A stretch of 64,000 nt of DNA, taken from positions 10,248-74,247 of the forward strand of contig NTKO01000003.1 of assembly GCA_002457735.1 (NCBI GenBank), written 5' to 3'. This DNA comes from Bacteroidetes bacterium MED-G13 (GTDB taxonomy: Bacteria > Bacteroidota > Bacteroidia > Flavobacteriales > Flavobacteriaceae). Shown in pieces: positions 57,305-64,000 of this stretch (its first letter is position 1; each line of letters begins with the position of its first letter). The translations under genes and the position numbers were made by a program. A model generated the notes under the pieces. It was not told the origin of the DNA. It made no database searches and saw only the letters and a list, made by a program, of their open reading frames with translations.

Positions 57305-58573
57305 ATGCTTAAAACATCATATCTACTATCTAACAAAGATGAAGTAATAATATTATTATCTAAAAGAGGTTTTGATGCAAATAATATGGTTAATGAAATT
57401 ATAGCATTAGATAAAAAAAGAAAATCTATTCAGGTCCAATATGAGGAAACTCTTGCTGAGATTAATTCAATCTCAAAAACCATTGGTGAATTATTCCAAT
57501 CTGGAGAGGTTTCCAAAACTAAACCTTTAAAAGACAAGAGTAGTGATTTAAAAAAATTATCAAAAGATCTAGCTTCTGGCTTGGAGGATTATAAAGCGAA
57601 AATTAATAGCTATTTACTACAAATTCCCAATATTCCTCATAAAGATGTTCCAGCAGGTAATGATGAAATTGATAATAAAATTATTTATGAATCAAAATTA
57701 GATTTTGATAAAAACCTCACAGAACCTCACTGGGATCTTGCAAAAAAATATGATATCATTGATTTTGAGTTGGGAACTAAAATTACAGGCTCAGGATTTC
57801 CAGTATATAAAGGCATGGGAGCAAAATTGCAGCGCGCTTTGATTTCTTTTTTTCTTGACTATAATACTGATGCAGGATATGAGGAAGTTCAAATTCCCCA
57901 CTTAGTTAATGAGAATTCTGCATATGGCACGGGTCAATTGCCTGACAAAGAAGGTCAGATGTATGTAGTTTCTAGTGAAAATTTATATCTGATTCCTACT
58001 GCTGAGGTTCCAATTACTAATATTTTTAGAGATGTAATCATTAGTGAATCTGATCTCCCTATTATGAGAACTGGGTATTCTCCGTGTTTTAGACGTGAAG
58101 CCGGAAGCTACGGATCAGATGTTAGAGGCTTAAATAGATTACACCAATTTGATAAAGTTGAAATTGTCAAAATTGAGCATCCTAAAGAATCATATCATTC
58201 ACTACAAAAAATGAAAAATCACATTGAGGGAATTATTAAAAAATTAGATCTTCCCTATAGAATTGTTACTTTATGCGGCGGTGATTTAGGTTTTACTTCC
58301 GCCCTAACTTATGACTTTGAAATATTTTCACCAGCCCAAGAAAAATGGCTTGAAGTTTCGTCTGTATCCAATTTTGAAACCTTTCAATCAAATAGACTAA
58401 AAATTAGATATAGAGACAATAAAGGTAATATTGATTTAGTACATACTTTAAATGGTAGTGCTTTAGCTTTACCAAGAGTACTGGCTGCTATTTTAGAAAA
58501 TAATCAATCTCATGACGGAATAAACGTCCCTAAAGTATTGCAGAAATACACTGGATTTTCCATTATAAAATAA
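57305..58573 (+). CDS. serS: serine--tRNA ligase
   Basis: N-terminal coiled-coil arm and class II motifs (FRREAGS, GSALALPR). Confidence 0.95.
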   Translation: MLKTSYLLSNKDEVIILLSKRGFDANNMVNEIIALDKKRKSIQVQYEETLAEINSISKTIGELFQSGEVSKTKPLKDKSSDLKKLSKDLASGLEDYKAKINSYLLQIPNIPHKDVPAGNDEIDNKIIYESKLDFDKNLTEPHWDLAKKYDIIDFELGTKITGSGFPVYKGMGAKLQRALISFFLDYNTDAGYEEVQIPHLVNENSAYGTGQLPDKEGQMYVVSSENLYLIPTAEVPITNIFRDVIISESDLPIMRTGYSPCFRREAGSYGSDVRGLNRLHQFDKVEIVKIEHPKESYHSLQKMKNHIEGIIKKLDLPYRIVTLCGGDLGFTSALTYDFEIFSPAQEKWLEVSSVSNFETFQSNRLKIRYRDNKGNIDLVHTLNGSALALPRVLAAILENNQSHDGINVPKVLQKYTGFSIIK

Positions 58574-58580
58574 TTTAGGT

Positions 58581-59354
58581 TTGAATTTTGTAAAACCAAA
58601 AAAATCTTTAGGTCAGCACTTTTTAACTGACAAGAATGTTGCAAAAAAAATAACAGAATCATTAAAACCACTCACGAAAAATGTTCTCGAAATTGGGCCG
58701 GGAACCGGAATTTTAACAAGTTTTTTACTTAAAAAAAAATATAATTTAATTCTTGTGGAAATTGATGATGAATCTGTTGCTTTCCTTATCAATAGCTTAT
58801 TAGTTGATGAAAAAATCATCATTAAAAAAGATTTCTTAAAATTAGATTTATCCGCTATTTTTTCAGGAAATAATTTTTCAATAATTGGAAATTTCCCATA
58901 TAATATTTCTTCTCAGATTTTGTTTAAAATTATAGAAAATAAGCAGTTTATTTCTGACATGTGCGGAATGTTTCAATTAGAGGTCGCAAAAAGAATTTGC
59001 GAAAAGCCTGGAACAAAAGTGTATGGAATTTTATCAGTTTTAACGCAAGCGTATTTTGAAACCAACTTTTTATTCAAAGTTTCTAAAAATCTTTTTTATC
59101 CAGCTCCTAACGTGGAATCAGCTGTAATTTCTCTAAAAAGAAGAGAAAATTTTTATTTAAAGTGTAATGAGTTATTATTTTTTAGAGTAGTGAAGCTATC
59201 ATTTCAACAAAGAAGAAAAAAAGTTAGAAATAGTTTAAAAACACTTAATTTATCAAATAATTTAAGAGAAGATGCTATCTTTGATAAAAGACCTGAGCAA
59301 TTATCTGTCAATGATTTTATTAAGTTAACTTGCTCAATTGAAAATGACATTTAA
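58581..59354 (+). CDS. rsmA: 16S rRNA (adenine1518/1519-N6)-dimethyltransferase
   Basis: KKSLGQHFL, EIGPGTGILT, GNFPYNISS. TTG start. Confidence 0.92.
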   Translation: MNFVKPKKSLGQHFLTDKNVAKKITESLKPLTKNVLEIGPGTGILTSFLLKKKYNLILVEIDDESVAFLINSLLVDEKIIIKKDFLKLDLSAIFSGNNFSIIGNFPYNISSQILFKIIENKQFISDMCGMFQLEVAKRICEKPGTKVYGILSVLTQAYFETNFLFKVSKNLFYPAPNVESAVISLKRRENFYLKCNELLFFRVVKLSFQQRRKKVRNSLKTLNLSNNLREDAIFDKRPEQLSVNDFIKLTCSIENDI

Positions 59355-60735
59355 ATCTTCTTTGATGAATCAGGATCAAAAATATAAGAAATTCACAATA
59401 TCTGATGAGCTTATTGAAAATATAATAAAGTTAATTGATGAATCAAATGATTCTAAGATCGTTAATAACTTTAAAAATTTTCATCATGCTGATATTGCTG
59501 AAGTTTTAGAAGAATTGAATTCTTACCAAGCTACCTACATAATTAAACTTCTTGATTCTGAAAAAACATCTGATGTATTAATGGAGTTAGATGAGGATTA
59601 CAGAGAGAAAATCCTGAAAAATTTATCAATAAAAGAAATTGCTGAGGAGGTTGAAGAACTTGATACAGATGACGCTACAGACATAATTCTTGAACTTTCT
59701 GAAGAAAAACAAAAAAAGGTTATATCAAAAATTGTTGATGCTGAACATAAAGCTGATATTAAGGAATTATTAAAATATGAAGAAAATTCAGCAGGGGGAT
59801 TAATGGCTAAGGAGCTAATAAAAGTAAATGAAAATTGGTCAGTTAACAGATGTATCAAGGAAATTAGGTCACAAGCTTCTGAGGTTACAAGAGTGCATTC
59901 AGTATATGTCGTAAATAATAAAAATGTTTTACTTGGAAGGCTCTCACTTAAGGATTTATTAGTTGCAAAAGATAGTTCAAAAATTAAATCAGTATTTATT
60001 TCTAATGTTGATTTTGTCTATGATACTGATTCAGCTGAACATGTTGCTAATGTTATGCAAAAGTATGATTTAGGAGCAATTCCTGTTGTAGATGCTATGA
60101 AAAAATTATTGGGAAGAATTACAATTGATGATATTGTAGATTTAATCAAGGAGGAAGCTGAAAAAGACTATCAGCTTGCTGCAGGTATCCTACAGGATGT
60201 TGATGTTGATGACAGTATATTTGAGCTAACTAGAGCTAGGCTACCATGGTTAATTTTTGGTTTATTCGGTGGTATTGGTGCAGCTTTTATTATGGGAGGA
60301 TTTGATGAAATACTAATGCAGCATAAAATTCTTTTTTACTTTACGCCTCTTATTGCAGCGATGGCAGGAAATGTTGGTGTTCAATCCAGTGCTATTATAG
60401 TACAGGGCCTTGCAAATAGTGAAATTAAAGGAAGTATAAACAATAGATTATTTAAAGAGACTTTATTATCTGTTTTAAATGGGGTTATCCTTGCTATTAT
60501 TCTTTTTGTTTTTATTTATTTGTGGAAAGACCAATTTTCGGTAGCCCTAGCGTTATCAGTATCACTTGTTGTTGTAATTATTGTTGCTGGAATTATTGGA
60601 ACATTTATTCCCTTATTTTTGAATAGTAGGGGTATTGATCCCGCAATAGCGACTGGACCTTTTATTACAACTAGCAATGATATTTTTGGAATTTTGATTT
60701 ACTTTTTAGTGGCTAAACTAATATTACAATTTTAA
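59338..60735 (+). CDS. mgtE: magnesium transporter MgtE
   Basis: N-domain, tandem CBS domains and a C-terminal 5-TM MgtE domain (AGNVGVQSSAI, PFITTSNDI). The start could be 59338, 59344 or 59365. Confidence 0.92.
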   Translation: MKMTFKSSLMNQDQKYKKFTISDELIENIIKLIDESNDSKIVNNFKNFHHADIAEVLEELNSYQATYIIKLLDSEKTSDVLMELDEDYREKILKNLSIKEIAEEVEELDTDDATDIILELSEEKQKKVISKIVDAEHKADIKELLKYEENSAGGLMAKELIKVNENWSVNRCIKEIRSQASEVTRVHSVYVVNNKNVLLGRLSLKDLLVAKDSSKIKSVFISNVDFVYDTDSAEHVANVMQKYDLGAIPVVDAMKKLLGRITIDDIVDLIKEEAEKDYQLAAGILQDVDVDDSIFELTRARLPWLIFGLFGGIGAAFIMGGFDEILMQHKILFYFTPLIAAMAGNVGVQSSAIIVQGLANSEIKGSINNRLFKETLLSVLNGVILAIILFVFIYLWKDQFSVALALSVSLVVVIIVAGIIGTFIPLFLNSRGIDPAIATGPFITTSNDIFGILIYFLVAKLILQF

Positions 60736-60736
60736 A

Positions 60737-61165
60737 TTGAAAAATATACTCGTATTATGTACAGGTAACTCGTGTCGAAGTCAAATGGCACATGGGTATT
60801 TAAAAAAAATGCTTTTTGCAAATGCTAAAGTTTACAGCGCTGGGGTGAAAAAACATGGTCTTAATCTTGATGCTGTAAAAGTTATGGAATTAGATGGAAT
60901 TGATATTTCTGATCATACTTCAAATTTAATAGAGGAATATTTGAACATTCATTTCAATTATATCATTACTGTTTGTGATCATGCCAATGAATCTTGTCCA
61001 ATATTTCCAAATAAAGAATCAGTTAAACTTCACAAAAACTTTGTTGATCCTTCTAAAATAAAATTTGAAAATGATCAAAAAAAAATAGAGAAGTTCATCT
61101 ATGTAAGAAACCTAATTAAAACTTATTGTTTCGATTTTGCTAATAAATTTTTTCCTGATAGATGA
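60737..61165 (+). CDS. arsC: LMW-PTP-type arsenate reductase (thioredoxin-coupled ArsC)
   Basis: The CTGNSCRS P-loop, plus a Cys pair 7 residues apart (VCDHANESC), resembles the Cys10/82/89 arrangement of Gram-positive ArsC. Confidence 0.75.
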   Translation: MKNILVLCTGNSCRSQMAHGYLKKMLFANAKVYSAGVKKHGLNLDAVKVMELDGIDISDHTSNLIEEYLNIHFNYIITVCDHANESCPIFPNKESVKLHKNFVDPSKIKFENDQKKIEKFIYVRNLIKTYCFDFANKFFPDR

Positions 61166-61599
61166 AATATTTTCCAATCATCTTTTAATTTAGCTCCCTT
61201 TTTTTTATAAAAATCAATTGCATTTATATTCCAATCTAATACTTCCCAGGAAACTCTTTTTACTTTCGTTTCGTTAGCATAATTAATAACTCTTTCAAAT
61301 AATAAATTACCAATACCTTTATTTCTAAACTTTTTGGTTACAATTAAATCTTCTATGTGAATTGTTTTACCCTTCCATGTAGAAAACCTGTTGTATATTA
61401 ACGCAATTCCAACAATCGAATTTTCTATTTCAGCTACAAAACATTTAAAAAGTGGGGTTTTTTTAAATCCATTTGCAATATAATATGCAACATCAATTTC
61501 AATTGCATCTGGTTCTTTTTCAAAGACCGCAAGTTCTTGAACTAAATCAAAAACCTTAGTCATATCATTTTCATTTGCCTCTCTTATTGAAATTTTCAT
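61123..61599 (-). CDS. GNAT-family N-acetyltransferase
   Basis: 158 aa with acetyl-CoA motif A (LIVTKKFRNKGIGNLLFERV). Confidence 0.85.
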   Translation of the reverse strand: MKISIREANENDMTKVFDLVQELAVFEKEPDAIEIDVAYYIANGFKKTPLFKCFVAEIENSIVGIALIYNRFSTWKGKTIHIEDLIVTKKFRNKGIGNLLFERVINYANETKVKRVSWEVLDWNINAIDFYKKKGAKLKDDWKIFHLSGKNLLAKSKQ

Positions 61600-61665
61600 A
61601 TTATTTTTTTGTAGGTATCTAAAATAGATTAATTATAATTATTTATAAAAAAATATAATTTCTAA

Positions 61666-61673
61666 TATATTTG
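61666..61673 (+). promoter_or_regulatory. Bacteroidota -7 promoter box (TATATTTG) upstream of mfd
   Basis: Exact match 15 nt upstream of the proposed TTG start. Confidence 0.45.
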
Positions 61674-61687
61674 CAAAAATTTATTTA

Positions 61688-64000
61688 TTGAAAAATAAAT
61701 TTTTTTTAGATCAGTATAATGAGTCGTCAATTTTTGATAGTCTCCGGAAAACTATTGCCAAAAATCAAAATATTAGTCTCAAAGGATTAATAGGTTCTTC
61801 ATTATCTTTTTATTTCTCAAAACTCATTGAAAATTTTAGTCTTCAAAATTTTATCGTTTTTAAAACCAAAGAAGAATCCTTGTACTTTTTGAATGATATT
61901 GAATCCCTATTGCCAAAAGACAAGATTTTTTTCTTCCCTGAATCAAAAAAAGACTTTTATTCTGCCAATAAAACTAATAGTTATGACTTATTGCAAAGAA
62001 CCGAATTGTTGGATTTTTTAAATTCAAAAAATAAACAAAGTTATATCGTAGTCACATACGTAAAGGCAATTTGTGAAAACTTGATTGATAAAAAAGAATT
62101 TATAAAAAGATCTATTGAGCTTAATATTAATCAAAGTATTTCTTTTGAAGGCTTAAACGAAGAATTATTTGATCTTGATTTTAGAAGAGAAGATTTTGTT
62201 ATGGAGCCTGGTGAATTTGCTGTCAGAGGTGGTATTATTGATATTTTTCCATTTTCAAGTCAGGTACCTTACAGAATAGAATTTTTTGGTGATGAAATTT
62301 CTAGAATAAGATCTTTTGACATTGAATCTCAAAGATCAGATAAAAATTATGAATCAATAAAAATTGTATCTAACATATTGATAAATTTAGACAAAGAGAA
62401 TATCTCTAATATTTTTCAAATAATAGAAAAAAATTGTTTAATATTTCTTGAAGATATTGAAATAGTTTCTGATGAATTATCTAATTTCCTTGATTCTCAA
62501 AAGGTGTATTTTTCAAAGGCTCAAAAAAAAGAAAACTATGTTAAGCCTGAAATACAATTTATTCATGTTAATGTATTTTTAAAAGCAATAAATAACTTTA
62601 AAGTAATTGAATTTGATTCAAAAAAGTCTAATTCAGATTTTAGATTTAATATTTTACCTCAACCTTCATTTAACAGAAATTTTGATTTATTTATCCTGGA
62701 GATTAAAAAAAGAATTAATGATGGTTTTCGAGTTAATTTATGTTGTACAAACATACAGCAACAAAAAAGACTTAAGCAGATTTTAACCGATTTAAATTCA
62801 GACTTTATTATTGATCCATTGATTCTTGCTGTGTCAAAGGGATTTATTGATAACGATGAAAAAATTGTTTTTTATACAGATCATGAACTTTTTGAGCGGT
62901 ACCATAAGTTTAAATTAAGAAGGAGATATAAAAACCATTTATCAATTGCTCTAAAACAAATCAATAATCTCAAAAAAGGGGATTACGTAACTCATATTGA
63001 TCATGGAATTGGAAAATATATTGGTTTAGAAAAAATTGATGTGGATGGGAATATGCAAGAATCAATAAAATTGATATATGGAGATAGAGATATATTATAT
63101 TTAAGCATACACTCCCTACATAAGATTTCTAAGTATTCAGGAAAAGACGGAAAAAATCCAAAAATATACAAGTTAGGAAGTAAAGCATGGGCATTATTAA
63201 AACAGAAAACCAAAAAGAACGTAAAGAAGATTGCTTATGACCTTATAAAGGTGTACGCTGAAAGAAAACAAAAAAAAGGTTTTAAGTATGATGAAGACAG
63301 TTATTTGCAAAATGAATTGGAAGCATCTTTTATATATGAAGATACTGAGGATCAAAACAGGGTTACGCTGGACATAAAAAAAGATATGGAAAGTGACCAA
63401 CCCATGGATAGACTAATATGCGGTGACGTTGGATTTGGAAAAACTGAATTAGCTATAAGAGCAGCTTTTAAGGCAGTTGACAACAATAAGCAAGTTGCTG
63501 TTCTCGTCCCAACTACAATACTTGCTTTTCAGCATTTTAAAACTTTTTCATCGAGATTAAAAGAATTTCCTGTTTCTGTAAATTATTTAAATAGGTTTAA
63601 AACCAATAAGGAAAAAGAAGAGATAATTAACAATATTAATAGCGGAAATATTGATATCATAATTGGAACTCATCAGCTTGTAAATAATAAAATAGCATTT
63701 AAAGATTTGGGATTATTAATAATTGATGAGGAACAAAAGTTTGGAGTTAATGTTAAAGATAAGCTTAAATCATTAAGAAAAAATATTGATATTTTAACCC
63801 TTTCAGCAACTCCTATCCCCAGAACATTGCAATTTAGCCTTATGTCAGCAAGAGATTTATCATTAATAACAACTCCACCTCCAAATAGATATCCAATAAA
63901 AACTAGTGTTATTAGATTTGATAAGGAGATGCTTACAAAAGCTATTCGATATGAAATCGAAAGGGGTGGACAAGTATTTTTTGTGAACAATAAAATTCAA
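61688..64000 (+). CDS. mfd: transcription-repair coupling factor Mfd, 5' about 770 codons (continues beyond window end)
   Basis: Own translation shows the frame open from 61649 to the window end. It contains a UvrB-homology N-region (EPGEFAVRGGIIDIFPFS), the RNAP-interacting CarD-like domain (GDYVTHIDHGIGKYIGL), helicase motif I GDVGFGKTE, motif II DEEQKFG and LSATPIPRTL. It is absent from the ORF track because no stop lies in the window. The first in-frame canonical start is TTG 61688. Confidence 0.9.
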   Translation, partial: MKNKFFLDQYNESSIFDSLRKTIAKNQNISLKGLIGSSLSFYFSKLIENFSLQNFIVFKTKEESLYFLNDIESLLPKDKIFFFPESKKDFYSANKTNSYDLLQRTELLDFLNSKNKQSYIVVTYVKAICENLIDKKEFIKRSIELNINQSISFEGLNEELFDLDFRREDFVMEPGEFAVRGGIIDIFPFSSQVPYRIEFFGDEISRIRSFDIESQRSDKNYESIKIVSNILINLDKENISNIFQIIEKNCLIFLEDIEIVSDELSNFLDSQKVYFSKAQKKENYVKPEIQFIHVNVFLKAINNFKVIEFDSKKSNSDFRFNILPQPSFNRNFDLFILEIKKRINDGFRVNLCCTNIQQQKRLKQILTDLNSDFIIDPLILAVSKGFIDNDEKIVFYTDHELFERYHKFKLRRRYKNHLSIALKQINNLKKGDYVTHIDHGIGKYIGLEKIDVDGNMQESIKLIYGDRDILYLSIHSLHKISKYSGKDGKNPKIYKLGSKAWALLKQKTKKNVKKIAYDLIKVYAERKQKKGFKYDEDSYLQNELEASFIYEDTEDQNRVTLDIKKDMESDQPMDRLICGDVGFGKTELAIRAAFKAVDNNKQVAVLVPTTILAFQHFKTFSSRLKEFPVSVNYLNRFKTNKEKEEIINNINSGNIDIIIGTHQLVNNKIAFKDLGLLIIDEEQKFGVNVKDKLKSLRKNIDILTLSATPIPRTLQFSLMSARDLSLITTPPPNRYPIKTSVIRFDKEMLTKAIRYEIERGGQVFFVNNKIQ

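Noticed and set aside
61123-61165. The 43-bp convergent overlap of the arsC and GNAT 3' ends as a possible antisense regulatory arrangement.
   Set aside because: Both C-terminal tails are poorly conserved regions. The overlap is most simply explained by late stop codons in AT-rich DNA, and there is no supporting structure.
63001-63990. Three minus-strand ORFs in the track (63001..63213, 63197..63400, 63673..63990).
   Set aside because: They are antisense shadows of the mfd coding frame, with low-complexity hydrophobic translations and no motifs. The same reasoning applies to the other short antisense ORFs in the track: 4603..4800, 5409..5591, 7593..7820, 9005..9202, 13900..14157, 15833..16039, 17827..18039, 18169..18360, 19120..19311, 20224..20415, 21082..21297, 22945..23136, 24334..24555, 24612..24827, 27877..28116, 32115..32399, 37864..38133, 38483..38701, 39698..39901, 40478..40714, 43398..43616, 43522..43716, 44849..45067, 52379..52642, 55023..55301, 58613..58822 and 59598..59858.
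1-64000. Looked for mobile elements, defence systems, toxin-antitoxin pairs, CRISPR and prophage remnants, including near the three tRNAs as potential integration sites.
   Set aside because: No integrase, transposase, recombinase, restriction-modification, nuclease-NTPase or Cas-like ORF was seen, and no direct repeats of tRNA 3' ends. The tRNA flanks are ordinary housekeeping or metabolic genes.

Overview
AT-rich (roughly 30% G+C by eye, not computed), gene-dense chromosomal segment. It has the hallmarks of a marine Flavobacteriia (Bacteroidota) genome: a SusC/SusD pair, two proteins with T9SS C-terminal sorting domains, TAnnTTTG -7 promoter boxes in front of many genes, and DUF3098/DUF4271/DUF4296-type genes in their usual flavobacterial neighbourhoods. 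I call about 60 protein genes, 3 tRNAs (Asp-GUC, Leu-UAG, Leu-CAA), several intrinsic terminators and one 18-bp in-frame tandem repeat. Two genes run off the window edges and are therefore missing from the ORF track: truB (1..129, minus strand) and mfd (61688..64000, plus strand). Most content is housekeeping: truB-uppP-ftsX, leuS, pckA, hemD, pyrC, tyrS, trmB, Mrp/NifU/FNR, rpsP-rimM, dnaE, trxA, ruvC, hemW, a mevalonate-pathway operon, prs, rplY, pth, ribF, serS, rsmA, mgtE, arsC and mfd. The clearly accessory block is a compact laminarin-type polysaccharide utilisation locus (36.0-47.1 kb): susC, susD, two surface glycan-binding lipoproteins, GH16, GH3 and a LacI repressor. A perfect 28-bp LacI-type palindrome sits upstream of susC. 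I found no CRISPR array, integrase, transposase, toxin-antitoxin pair or recognisable defence system, and I do not see convincing evidence for a wholly new system. The best candidates for follow-up are: (i) a translationally coupled YceI / beta-barrel / Tat-exported Rieske lipoprotein envelope operon; (ii) a UbiA-family (DGGGPS-like) prenyltransferase co-operonic with mevalonate genes; (iii) an orphan promoter plus double-hairpin unit (candidate sRNA or leader) next to the PUL operator; (iv) a DnaQ-like exonuclease fused to DnaE; (v) hemW with no canonical start codon; (vi) a homopolymer frameshift in a T9SS lamin-tail-domain protein.
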